64,000 nt of DNA from Epithemia pelagica (Eukaryota; Protista; Bacillariophyta), in the NCBI GenBank assembly GCA_946965045.2, contig OX337240.1:806001-870000 (forward strand). Direction: 5' to 3'. Of the stretch, positions 11,401 through 22,480 are shown in pieces (within the stretch, counting starts at the first letter, position 1; the number at the start of each line of letters is the position of its first letter). The notes under the pieces are model-generated. The model did not search any database, was not told the origin of the DNA, and saw nothing but the letters and a program-made list of their open reading frames with translations. Position numbers and translations under genes: made by a program.

Positions 11401-13261
11401 AAATATAGAATATTTTGTTGATCAAGCCGTGGCAGACAACATGTTAGCAGAGAACCAAGCTGAGCCGGCCCTGGAACCAGAACCCAGAACAGAACCCACT
11501 GCAGCACCAAGTGGCGACAGAGACCCATCTGAACGACGATACAATCTACGTACAAATAGAGAACGTAGCTACGCGCATAGATATGACCATGATATCTATG
11601 TGACGAGCGCTACCAACGAAACTCCACAGATGGGTATGAAACAAGGAGTGAGGATGTTTGGAGATCTGGGAGTCTCGGCAGTAAAGAAAGAAGTTCTACA
11701 ACTTCATGACCGAGACGTGATTCGGGCAATTCACAGGAGCCAACTTACGAAAGAACAAATACGCCAAGCCTTAGGATATTTGATGTTCCTAAAGAGAAAA
11801 AGGAATGGGAAGATCAAAGGTCGTGGTTGTGCAGACGGTAGAAAGCAGCGGGGTCATATTGCAAAGGAAGACACAGTCTCACCAACAGTATCAACCGAGG
11901 CGGTATTTATCACGGCAATAGTTGACGCGATGGAGAAGCGAGAGGTGGCAGTAGTTGACATCCCAGGTGCATTTATGCAAGTAATCATGGACAAGGACGT
12001 CTATATGCGCATAACGGGACTGATGGTCGACCTCTTGATCGAAATTGACAAAAGCTACGAACAATTTGTGGTTTATGAACGTGGAGAAAAAGTTATATAT
12101 GTGGAATTACTACGAGCTCTATACGGTACACTCAGAGCAGCAAGACTATTTTGGGAGAAGCTCACAAGTGTTGTGAAAAGCTGGGGCTTCGAGATTAATC
12201 CATACGATTCTTGTGTGGCAAACAAAACAATCAACGGCCATCAGTGTACTCTTACCTGGCATGTGGACGATCTTAAGATCTCTAACAAAGATCCTGCCGT
12301 GGTAACGCAAATCATTGAGGATTTGAAGAACACTTTTGCCACCCTTGGTGAACTGTCCATTTCACGTGGCAAGCGTCATGATTATCTGGGAATGTGGTTG
12401 GACTTTAGTGAGCCCGGTACCCTTATGGTCGATATGCAATTATACATCCAAGGATTGATTGAGGAAGCGCTAAAGGAATTTCATGGCAAAGCCTTGACAC
12501 CAGCAGCTAATCATCTCTTCATGGTGACAGAAGAGTCCCCAAAACTGAAACAAGACCAAGCCGACTATTTCCATAGTCTCACTATGCAGCTCATGTATTT
12601 GGCCCAACGGGCACGACCTGATTTGAGAGCAACTCTGGCTTTCTTGAGTACTCAAGTTTCTGAGCCGACTGAGGAGGACTGGAGGAAACTCTCCCAACTG
12701 ATGAAATACCTGCAATCGACAAAAGACCTCCTGTTACGCCTCAACTGTGATGGGAGTGGCATTGTCAAATGGTGGATTGATGCGTCATACGCAATTCATC
12801 CAAACATGCGTGGACATACTGGAGCAGTCATGTCAATGGGACAAGGGGCCGCTCTGAGCATGTCAAGCAAGCAAAAATTAGTTGCCAGAAGTTCGACTGA
12901 AAGCGAACTAATTGGGGTCCACGATGGACTTCCATTGATCATGTGGAGTAAGCAATTTATGGAGGCCCAAGGCTATCCAATAAAGGACGTGATCTTGTAT
13001 CAAGATAACAAGAGTACCATCTTGCTCGAGAAAAATGGACGTGCGTCAAGCAGCAAACGAACAAAACATATCAACATCAGATATTTTTATATCAAGGATC
13101 GTGTTGACAAGAAAGACTTACGAATTGAATATTGTCCGACTGAAGAAATGATCGCTGACTTCCACACGAAGCCGTTGCAAGGATCCATCTTCTATACTTT
13201 TCGTGATGCCCTAATGAATATCCCGAGAACTAGTAAATACCGGGGAGATACAAAAATGTGA
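8433..13261 (+). pseudogene. Copia gag-pol polyprotein, disrupted by a stop at 10851-10853 and a frameshift near 11170-11210
   Basis: Protease WILLDNQATVHVF; integrase SMDVMHVN..ADGAF..EHVGEVERYIRTLKER; RT KGRGCADGRKQR, VVDIPGAFMQ, RALYG, WHVDDLK; RNase H WIDASYA, SSTESELIG, YQDNKS, ADFHTKPLQG. Confidence 0.92.
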
Positions 13262-13310
13262 GTTGTGAGTTGTGAGTTGTGAGCTACGAGAGTTGTGAGT
13301 TGTGAGTTGG
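13259..13310 (+). repeat. (TGAGTTG)n heptamer minisatellite in the copia 3' UTR
   Basis: About 6 copies directly after the pol stop codon. Confidence 0.8.
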
Positions 13311-13560
13311 AAGCTATACATGCTATCCATGATAGGTATGCTAGGTGTCCCAACAGCCCCTAGTACGGTCATAAGCTAGATTTGTAGGAGTAAATGAGAG
13401 TTTACCCTCCGATTGCGGGGGTACCTCCCGTCTGCTGTCTACACGCTAATATCCAAATTTTTAAAAAAATATCATTTGAATTTTTTACAGTAACTTTTTT
13501 ATTTTTCTAGATTCAATAATTGGATATAACGGTCAAACAGACCTCCCCGAACCACAGTTA

Positions 13561-13749
13561 ACCTGTGGGCCATTTATACCCTATCCCTAATGACCCTACG
13601 ACAAATCCTTTTGATGCTCCCACCTGTGGGCCATTTATACCCTATCCCTAATGACCCTATGACAAAACCTTTTGATGCTCCCACCTGTGGGCCATTTATA
13701 CCCTATCCCTAATGACCCTATGACAAAACCTTTGGATACTCCCACCTGT
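13561..13749. repeat. 61-bp tandem repeat x3 (subterminal)
   Basis: CCTGTGGGCCATTTATACCCTATCCCTAATGACCCTA(C/T)GACAAA..CCTTT.GAT.CTCCCA repeated head-to-tail. Confidence 0.9.
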
Positions 13750-14350
13750 TGACCATCCATACGCTACTCCTCCACGGGATGATGTGACAGTGGCATGATG
13801 TCCGGTCATTCAGAACTTGGTCATCACAATCCAGCACACAGACTGGAAGGACCATATCTCCACATCTTCTGGTGGGATTTGAGTCAACCTTTTTTCCTTG
13901 GAACCGTCTTTGAGTCTACTTTCTGATACAATACTGCCCATCAGATTTGAAAAAGAAAGGCTGGCGCGAAAAGGAGGGCATGCGTTCCAAAGGCGGCGCG
14001 AATGGAAAAAGAATTTTGTTTTTGTCTATTTTATTTTTCCTGGACGACGGACAAACAAAGGTACCCCCCCCCAATCGCTCCCAAAAATGAGAGAACTGTT
14101 ATATCACCCAGCTTGCCTCCCACTAAGATTCCAATTGCAAAAATTAGAATTTCTACACGATGCAACAATGGAGGTATAAGAACACTTCTTTTCACATGTA
14201 TGTCCTAGCTAGCCTCCAACTAAGTTGCCAATTGGAAAAATTGGAATATACTACACGAAACAACAACGGGAGTACAAGATCATTTCATTTCACATGCATG
14301 TCCTAATAGTATGTAGTAAGTGTTATTGCTATGTAAGAAGTTTCTTTCCC

Positions 14351-17300
14351 TCATTTTGGACTGACATCATGTTGCAGCTCACGAACAACTTTCACCACTT
14401 CTGCTTCAACCCATCGCTTTTCCATGAATGACCTCATATGCTCTCTGCTCAATTTTCGCAAACATGTTGCTTCACAATGATATTGGGAAATCGTGTTATA
14501 ATTAAAGTTCTTTTTTTCTTTCCAATTATGACGTATGGTATTCTGTCCATATTCAATTCTTTTGCCACATCCCTGACAAGTTGGCCTTGGACCACGGCTT
14601 TGTATGTTCTCTCGTAATGAAAAGCCATGTGGAATGCGTTGCTTTGATGCACTTTTGGGTTTTTTCCTACTTACGTTGTCACTTTCTTCACTGCTCTCTG
14701 CTTTCCTTTTCCTTTTGTCGTCCTTGCCTTTCATTTTGTGTTTCCTTTGTTGTGACAAAATTTCGCTTGAGAGTTTTGTCAATGATTCTCCTATATCTCG
14801 CGGTACGCGATCAGATCTCTCAACATCAAACAATTCCTCCCAATCAACAAAATCCTGTACTTTACTGCTTGCATTATTGTCTGTTACTTCATATGTTCCC
14901 ACAACGAGAGTTTTAGGTGATCCTTCCATAATCAATTGGGTTTCATCGCATGAATACAATTTGAATTTGTGTGGATTACTGAGACCATCATACTGCATCC
15001 ACCCATCTTCACACTTAATCAAAGTTATGAAGTGTTCTCGTTGCTCATCCAGAAGGATACAACCACGTAGTATGAGCTCTTTGTCATCTATTTCAAACTG
15101 TGGTGTGAGGACCGAAAGATCTTGATATTTTCTTGTCGCGGTAGTTAAATCCAGGGCCACTGTATGTGGCCAAGTCACAGTGTGTGCTCTATCTACCCAA
15201 CCAATACTTCCACATTTGCATCTTCCACTTCTCAAATGACTTCTCAAATGGTCTCCAACCATCACCCTTTCCACTACCTCCCAGCTTGCCTCATGTTCTG
15301 GCTGAATATTGAATTCATTTTTGTGTGTCGTCGATATTTTTCCATGCTGATTATAACGACAACGTTCGCGGCGACAACAATGAAATTTGTGCTCTGCATA
15401 CATTGTTAGGCTCATCTGCATTGGGTGAACAGTTGTGACACCTTGTACTTCTTCCTGAAAAAGTGGATTTGGAGTGTTTGGGAAATGACAATAGTATCTA
15501 TTGACATTGCCAAGGCAATTCACAAAATCTTGGCGACTGTCGAAAGCTTGTTGCATTTCAAATGTATTGAACAAGTCCATCCACAAAACTTTGGCCTCCT
15601 CACTTCTATTTTGATCCAACAATGAAAATGTATTCGACAAAAAACTGGAATGATTTGACAATTCTGGATAAGGAGTCAATAATTGCCCCGCATGGTAGGG
15701 AGCATAAATCAACACTAGCCAGCAATCCAGAGCGCACGTATTGATTACACTGTTGTGCTTCATTCCCCAGCATGGACCATTGAAGATGTGACGTTGTTTG
15801 TTGTCATGCACCTCCTTGTTTTCTTTCGTTTGGTTAGTTTGCACATTGCAACTCGTTTTGTTTTCCATTTTATCTTTGTCCAAAATATTACACTGGATTT
15901 CTGGTTGTTTGCCATCTGACAAATCCTTTATATTGACATGAGTTTCCTTGTCTTCTTTCGATTCTTTTTCCAAATTGAGTGACTTGTTGGTGTCAGGTGC
16001 TCTTCCATCATTTTTGGACATCTTTTTTGTTCGCTTGGTTGAAGAACGTGGGTATTGCGCATATTGTAAAGGCATTCCTCTTGCAGAGTTTCTTCTGTCG
16101 CACTCGAACCTGTTAACAAACTTCCATGCATTAAGTACTGCTTCATTGACGCTCATTTTCCGGTTTCTTACTAGAAATAGATCCTGAAACTGCTTTCCAA
16201 CATTTTCTTGTGCATTTGTTGACGACGATAGTTTGGAAAATCTGTCAGCCTGTGATGATGTAAAATTTTGGCAGGCAGGGAAGAATGTTTGTGCTCTGTC
16301 CGGATGTAAATACCAACGAAGCCACGGCATAGCTTTTGGGAAATGTTGCATCATTTTCTGACACGCATTCCAATAGTGATGGAACTTTGATTTGACGTTG
16401 GTAAAGGTATGGATTAGTTTGCGAAAATCACCCTTTTTTGAAGGTGGGACCACAGCACCATTTCGCTCAATGCGAGTTACAGACCGTTCAAAGTGGACGT
16501 TGCATTTTCGCAGAAATGCTAACAAATCTTTTTTGTCGATTGCTTTGTCACCAAGTGTTATTGTGGCATGGTCGTAGAGTTCATCCATAAAAGACATCCC
16601 AAGAGCATCTGACCAATCTACAGTGACTCCTGGGAAAATTGCTGCAAAGGATTGCCAAGACGTGTTAATTGAATCTCCATAGCTATGAAAAAGGCTTCTC
16701 CAATGTGATCCATAATGCTTTTTGCTCCTTCCAAAAATTAATGAGATTAGAACTGGCACCCATCTTTCAAGGATGAAATCATATGCCGAAGTAAAATGAA
16801 CGTCAATTGTTCCTGTGAATTCAGGATCATCAATGACTCCTTCAACAGTATCAGATTGCATTCCGCTATTTGCTTCATGTAGGATTTCTCTCATGTAATT
16901 GCTTTGCAACGTTATAATCGCTTCATCTAGCTTCACAAGCTCGGCTTTTACTATAAAAGTTTTTTCCGGTAAATCCTTTGTAAATTGGAGCAAGGAACCA
17001 ATGCTGCCATAAATCCCCTGTGCTTTGATGGGTGTACGTCCAAGTGTCTTATGCCGAAGGTACTTAACACGGTTAATTGTGCTAAATGCATCATCTAAGG
17101 CAACAACAGAATCATTTGTCAATGACCCCATTCGGAGTTTCTGGGGACCAAGGGAAGGGTTGGCAGTAACAATTTCATTAAACTGTTCGACTGCGTGGGG
17201 AGATGGTTTTGTTACTGGTGGGTTGGGATGATTGTGTGACCCTTTATGCTCAATCAACCACTGCTTCTTGTCTTTGATGAACTCACAAACAATCATGCAT

Positions 17301-18184
17301 GGGACATCTTCTTTATTCTGTGATCGTGAGTTTCCCTGTTGGATTCCACCAGTACATGCAATCCATTTCAGAGGTAGCTCAGGATGAATCGGACAAACAT
17401 ACTTTGCAGGACGTGGCGGGGCACCGAGTTTTTTGGATTTTGGTTGCATTGGTCTTTGCAGAAAATTACATTTTGGATCTTGACATGCCATCACACCAAG
17501 ACAATACAAATACCGTTTTGAATTCCCATTTGAATGTGTCTTGGTATAAAGATGACATAATGCGTATCCAAAGTATGGCTTACCATCATTGGACAAAAGG
17601 CCGGTGTCTAAGAGATACTTAGTATTCCCGTTTGGCCAATACACATCTGACAAGGCCTTGGAAGCTGTATCATCTTTGACATTCTGCTGATGATGTTTAA
17701 TAAAATGTTTTGTCGCATCCATATTGGATGTCTCTGGACAGGCACCTTCTGTAGCTATTCCTTCTTGTGGTGCTAAAACTGGAGTAGAGTCATTGGCATT
17801 CATGGGTGTGCAACTCTCTGGAAATAAATTGCCCCGTACTGGTGGAGACGCCGTTAGGGATGTTCCATTACCTACTCGAACAGGATGAGTTTGCTGAGAG
17901 ATGACACCACTATTTGGGTGATTGGGAAGCATATGCGAAAGAGACATCAATTCACGTCGTTGTCGCAAATTTCTATCCATCTCTATAAGTGATAATGACT
18001 GGACAACACCTTGGAACATTGTCCTGGAAAGGATGGATGACTGTTCTCCAGATGATGCAAGATTCTGCATGAGAAGTGTCATGAGAGGGTCGACACCAGT
18101 AGAACTAGCAGTGTTGGCAGAGTCATTCTGCTGGTCTGTTTTGTCGTCATCCGAGTCTTGAGCATTACTCCTAGAAGAAGACAT
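14351..18184 (-). CDS. 1277-aa transposase-like protein: GCM domain + MULE-type DDE core + putative USP/papain-like protease + PARP-type zinc finger
   Basis: GCM: WPNG..GYAL..YCLGVMAC..C..RP..CP..L.WIACTG..KGSHNHPNP. MULE core: QSDTVEG, VTVDWSDAL, KCNVHF, STNAQE. Protease-like: NTCALDCW ... EHFITLIK..GWMQYDGL. C-terminus: TCQGCGKRIEYG..IR...QYHCEATC. Confidence 0.8.
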   Translation of the reverse strand: MSSSRSNAQDSDDDKTDQQNDSANTASSTGVDPLMTLLMQNLASSGEQSSILSRTMFQGVVQSLSLIEMDRNLRQRRELMSLSHMLPNHPNSGVISQQTHPVRVGNGTSLTASPPVRGNLFPESCTPMNANDSTPVLAPQEGIATEGACPETSNMDATKHFIKHHQQNVKDDTASKALSDVYWPNGNTKYLLDTGLLSNDGKPYFGYALCHLYTKTHSNGNSKRYLYCLGVMACQDPKCNFLQRPMQPKSKKLGAPPRPAKYVCPIHPELPLKWIACTGGIQQGNSRSQNKEDVPCMIVCEFIKDKKQWLIEHKGSHNHPNPPVTKPSPHAVEQFNEIVTANPSLGPQKLRMGSLTNDSVVALDDAFSTINRVKYLRHKTLGRTPIKAQGIYGSIGSLLQFTKDLPEKTFIVKAELVKLDEAIITLQSNYMREILHEANSGMQSDTVEGVIDDPEFTGTIDVHFTSAYDFILERWVPVLISLIFGRSKKHYGSHWRSLFHSYGDSINTSWQSFAAIFPGVTVDWSDALGMSFMDELYDHATITLGDKAIDKKDLLAFLRKCNVHFERSVTRIERNGAVVPPSKKGDFRKLIHTFTNVKSKFHHYWNACQKMMQHFPKAMPWLRWYLHPDRAQTFFPACQNFTSSQADRFSKLSSSTNAQENVGKQFQDLFLVRNRKMSVNEAVLNAWKFVNRFECDRRNSARGMPLQYAQYPRSSTKRTKKMSKNDGRAPDTNKSLNLEKESKEDKETHVNIKDLSDGKQPEIQCNILDKDKMENKTSCNVQTNQTKENKEVHDNKQRHIFNGPCWGMKHNSVINTCALDCWLVLIYAPYHAGQLLTPYPELSNHSSFLSNTFSLLDQNRSEEAKVLWMDLFNTFEMQQAFDSRQDFVNCLGNVNRYYCHFPNTPNPLFQEEVQGVTTVHPMQMSLTMYAEHKFHCCRRERCRYNQHGKISTTHKNEFNIQPEHEASWEVVERVMVGDHLRSHLRSGRCKCGSIGWVDRAHTVTWPHTVALDLTTATRKYQDLSVLTPQFEIDDKELILRGCILLDEQREHFITLIKCEDGWMQYDGLSNPHKFKLYSCDETQLIMEGSPKTLVVGTYEVTDNNASSKVQDFVDWEELFDVERSDRVPRDIGESLTKLSSEILSQQRKHKMKGKDDKRKRKAESSEESDNVSRKKPKSASKQRIPHGFSLRENIQSRGPRPTCQGCGKRIEYGQNTIRHNWKEKKNFNYNTISQYHCEATCLRKLSREHMRSFMEKRWVEAEVVKVVRELQHDVSPK

Positions 18185-19207
18185 GATTAATGCAGAAAAC
18201 TAACCAACTGAGTTCCCTGCTGTAGTTATCTCTCCCTTACCAGTCGGGTAGAGATGTCACGACTAATGACGAAACGCGTGATCCACAGCAGTAGAATGCC
18301 AAAACACCAATGGAATGTAATCAGTACCGGGAGCAGTTGTCACTGGGCTTGCCTGGCAAAGCTAATTAGGTGTGACACGCTTCCACTGCAGTCTTTAGGC
18401 TAGGTAGCTACTCGGAAGTAACCAAGAACTAGCAAGTTCTGACGGTAACTGTTCTTGTCTCCACACACCGGGATTGCCAGTCCCTAGCCCAATCTCCAGA
18501 CATAGACAGTTGAGGAATTGTAAGGAGCAAGATGAACTCTGGCTACTCTGGCTGCACTGAAATCGTTCCAATTTGATGAATTCCACGCTTGTCCAATTTT
18601 GCAAAAGTGTAGATTCTCAAGACGGACCAACCTGCCACAGCACAAAGATAGAGAGCCTTGTCGCTTGGCAGGCGACAGCAACAGATGCTTTGTTAGGAAA
18701 CAAGCGGTGTGCCGGAGCACGCGAAGTAGTACCTGTTGAGTACCTTAACTTCGCCCCCCTAACGATATCCAGCCGGTCTGGCAAGGATCGCCCTCTTTTC
18801 AGCCTGTTGGCCTACTTGTACAATCACGTGCGGGGTGGGGGATTACACAGTCTCGCGGGGACTGGGAATTGGGTTGGCCGTGGGATTGGTTACCTCGGAT
18901 ATGTCCCCCAATTCAGTGGAAAAACTCACAATGCCAGGTATCTAGTTACGGGACGGGGCAAGCACAAAGAGGCCCAATGCAATATCAGGTGGGTCTAGTG
19001 ACGCTTCTTGCAAGATAAATTCAAAAATGAGCACGCAGCACACAAAAACCAATCGCACAAAAAACACAACAGATTTCTATTCTGTTATCTCACAGATTGT
19101 GAGAAGTAGAGGAAAAAATGGTCGGGATTAGTGCCTCAGGGGTATCTTCTAGTCATTGAACTTGGTGTATGCTGTATGCTGGATAGTTAGAGTAGTAGTA
19201 CGTAGCT

Positions 19208-19550
19208 GGCCCAATACAACATCAGATAACGAGCTCACATCTTTTTCTTCTTTTGTGCTCCAGGGAGTTCCTTACCTAGGCCCAATAAAAATCAGATGAC
19301 GAGCTCACATCTTTTTCTTCTTTTGTGTTCCGGTGAATTCTTTTATTTGGCCCAATACATTATCAGATGACGAGCTCACATCTTTTTCTTCTTTTGTGTT
19401 CCGGTGAATTCTTTTTTTGACCCAATACAATATCAGATGACGAGCTCACAACTTTTTCTTCTTTTGTGTTCCAGTGAGTTCTTTAGCTCACAACATTGGA
19501 CAAAATGAAATTTTTCTTATGTGTTCCAGTGAGTTCTTTAGCTCACAAAA
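19208..19550. repeat. c.70-bp tandem repeat x4 plus a shorter duplicated tail (subterminal)
   Basis: G(G/A)CCCAATA starts at 19208, 19279, 19349 and 19419, each followed by ATCAGAT(G/A)ACGAGCTCACA.CTTTTTCTTCTTTTGTG. GTGTTCCAGTGAGTTCTTTAGCTCACAA occurs twice after that. Confidence 0.9.
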
Positions 19551-19731
19551 TTGGCCAAAAAATCAGACGGTCGACAACTTGAACTCACAAAATTTGCCAT
19601 TTAGTACCAGTGAGACATCTGAATAATGTCCGAAGAATCAAAATTAGATTCAACTATCGTCTATTGTGAGTATTGAGACATAATGTGGACAAAAAAAAGA
19701 AACTACCCTTAGAAACTCCCCTCTAGGCTGT

Positions 19732-19772
19732 GGACAATTTTGTGAGCTCACAACGAACTCACAAAATTATCC
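19732..19772. other. 15-bp stem hairpin 6 nt from the transposon right end
   Basis: GGACAATTTTGTGAG (19732-19746) / CTCACAAAATTATCC (19758-19772), one mismatch, 11-nt loop. Confidence 0.75.
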
Positions 19773-19805
19773 TCCCTCGTAAATACCATTCCTCGCGAAG
19801 GAGTG

Positions 19806-20019
19806 TGTTAAGACAAGTGGATGCAAGTAAGGCAAAGGAAACGAAAAGTGCGACTGAAGAGGAAAAGGCCCAATGGACTTTGGTGACACGTCAGAGTCAT
19901 AGGCACAAGATCGAGGCGAAACAAACAAATGAGCCAAGAAGAGGCTCATTCTTTTTAAAATAACACGAGATCATCTCTTGTGGTTACTTGTACGGTACGA
20001 CCGGAGTTGTGTTTCAACA
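19806..20019 (+). repeat. 3' LTR of copia element 1 (214 bp)
   Basis: Starts TGTTAAGAC right after a purine tract (CGAAGGAGTG) and ends GTTTCAACA, an imperfect inverted match. No partner LTR is visible in the window. Confidence 0.6.
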
Positions 20020-20029
20020 TCGATTGCAC

Positions 20030-22480
20030 GTCGTCAGCAACCACGGCAGATGCCGAGGATCTGGTCATTCTATTATTGAGTCAGCCCGTGCCAACATCCC
20101 TTCAAGTTTCAAGAAGCGTCCATCATTATGTCTTGTGCCTTTTCTTTTTACTTTGTTTCTTATGTGGCTCCATCATATTAGCCACATGAAAAGTGATTTG
20201 CAAGGTTCAATCTCGTTGCTCGGAGCATACTCATGTACAACATTCGATCAACTAGATTGAGCCCTGCGAATCACTTCTCAACTGTGAGCGCTCCGTGCTT
20301 TCCAAGAAAATGGATCAAGTGCTCGAAAAGTTCGACGCTCAGGAGAAAATGACTGAAGAGCTCCGGGAAAGCTCAGGAGACGAAGAATGACAAATCTAGT
20401 GCGAGAATCATGGAAAGAAATGAATTTTACGGAGCCGAGATTACAAATCTCAAGCAAGAAAATCAGGTTCTCAAGCAAGACCATCACGATCGCCAGGGAA
20501 AGGATGAATTTTACGAAGCGGAGATTACAAAGCTCAAGCAAGACAATCAGGATCTCAAGCAAAGCATTACGAAGCTCGAGGAACAGGATAAGAGACTCGA
20601 GGAAGAGCTCAATGGGATTAGATCTGCTTTTTGCAACAACCCAGGCCATGGCCCCGAAGCTTGCATTCTTGACCTTCATTCCTTTTGAGATCATAAGAGA
20701 CGTGAGTCCACATGAAAAGTGATTCGCAAGGCTCAATCTCGTTGCTCGGAGCATACTCATGTACAACATTCGATCAACTAGATTGAGCCCTGCGAATCAC
20801 TTCTCAACTGTGAGCGCTCCGTGCTTTCCAAGAAAATGGATCAAGTGCTCGAAAAGTTCGACGCTCAGGAGAAAATGACTGAAGAGCTCCGGGAAAGCTC
20901 AGGAGACGAAGAATGACAAATCTAGTGCGAGAATCATGGAAAGAAATGATTTTTACGGAGCCGAGATTACAAATCTCAAGCAAGAAAATCAGGTTCTCAA
21001 GCAAGACCATCACGATCGCCAGGGAAAGGATGAATTTTACGAAGCGGAGATTACAAAGCTCAAGCAAGACAATCAGGATCTCAAGCAAAGCATTACGAAG
21101 CTCGAGGAACAGGATAAGAGACTCGAGGAAGAGCTCAATGGGATTAGATCTGCTTTTTGCAACAACCCAGGCCATGGCCCCGAAGCTTGCATTCTTGACC
21201 TTCATTCCTTTTGAGATCATAAGAGACGTGAGTCCTTAGGAGTCACGTCTCGTTTGATCTCAAAGGGCATGAAGGTCAAGAATGGCCAAGAAGCGGTTCA
21301 ATATCCTTGGTCGCCAGTTGGGAAGAAGGTCCTACCTAGATGAACTCCTCTTGGCAAATGATCCTCGCCAAACATTGAAAATAAGTTGGGAACGGGATCT
21401 TTTTGGTGGCAAGAACAACAGTGAACATTATTAACTGCACTATTTTGTCGGGACTGAGCTTTTTTGTCAATACAGTCGAGCACGCTGCTGAGTTGGCCAC
21501 TAGATCGAAACAGATTGGTGCATGATGGCGCCTTCCCTGATGCTCTTCTTGGGTTTGACAGCAATAATGAGATCGACGGCCTGCAGAACGTTGCTGGTGT
21601 AATTCAGGCTTGGGTGCCCCCCCCCAAAATCCCTGTCCAGCTGGTCCCCAAAGGAGGCGACTACCTTTAACAACGAGCAAACGCGAAGAAGAATCGTTCA
21701 GCCGTTTCTTGAATCCTTGGTAAACTAGGTAGCTGAAGGCGAAATTACCGAAAGGAAACATTGCCATCAGTTGTTTGAAGACAACGAAGCAGTCTATTCT
21801 TACAGAACTCTGCAATAAACAGGGCTACTTTGCTCTGAACCCCGCAACTTGGTGTCTAGTATACACGGAGTAATTGGATGAATTCGATTCCACGTTCCCA
21901 TCCCCTAAACGTTCCCATGCTGAGATTACAAGGATTTGGATGGATTACTAGATTAGCATGCACAACGTATGACATAATCTTTGGACTCCCGTAGGGGCGG
22001 ACTTTGATGGGGTGTATGTATTCAAATCACAGCGTACAGTGCTCGTGCATTTGTCCCACTGAAGGAAGCACTTTGCCTAGGATGTGATATGAGTGCTTTC
22101 TATCAATGTAGCTCAGGACAAGGCTAAGCTCTTGCCAGTCATCGCGTTTTTCAAGCAAAGTGGATTCTTCCAAGGAGGCAAAGCGCCCTTTTCCAAGACG
22201 GCACAATCACCAACATGGCAGCCACATTGTCATTCTTTGTCCCCATCTCCTTGTGGACGCTTCACCTCCATCTATCGCTCCATGTGGGATGAGAAGGACA
22301 TGCTGTGGCAGCGGTGGTGTGAGATGGATTCATTCTTGTGGTGGGTGGGTGGGATGCACATTCCAACGATTTGCCAAGAATCCAAAACCCGTGGAATGGA
22401 CAGGGTGTGGTTCGTTTCATTGGTCTGAACGTACCTCAATGGTGTCCCACTCTGTCGGTTCGAGGATCCACTGCCGTTTC
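20030..22480 (+). pseudogene. Decayed gene-like block with a coiled-coil exon, paralogous to 5600-7330
   Basis: Colinear homology to 5600-7330; coiled-coil ORF EITNLKQENQVLKQ..ITKLEEQDKRLEEELNGI; in-frame stops downstream. Confidence 0.55.
20182..21233. repeat. Near-perfect 526-bp tandem duplication
   Basis: CCACATGAAAAGTGATT starts at 20182 and 20708. ORFs at 20410 and 20936 differ by one residue. Confidence 0.95.

Larger units (their letters stand above)
13396..19778 (-). mobile_element. Mutator-like (GCM-MULE) DNA transposon without long TIRs, c.6.4 kb
   Basis: Flanked by direct repeat GTAAAT (13390-13395; 19779-19784) with 5'-GAG...CTC-3' termini. Carries subterminal tandem repeats and one intact transposase-like ORF. 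Confidence 0.7.
8176..20019 (+). mobile_element. Ty1/copia LTR retrotransposon (diatom type), 5' LTR missing, interrupted in its 3' UTR by a DNA transposon
   Basis: gag-PR-IN-RT-RH order at 8433-13261. PPT-like CGAAGGAGTG followed by a TGTT..AACA LTR at 19806-20019. Removing 13396-19778 plus one GTAAAT copy gives a continuous 3' UTR-PPT. The left boundary is approximate. Confidence 0.75.

Noticed and set aside
13561-13749. CRISPR-like array (also 19208-19490)
   Set aside because: Head-to-tail repeats without unique spacers, no cas genes, eukaryotic context.
13396-19778. Helitron interpretation based on the terminal hairpin
   Set aside because: No Rep/helicase motifs and no TC..CTRR ends; the ORF is DDE-like and a direct repeat flanks the element.
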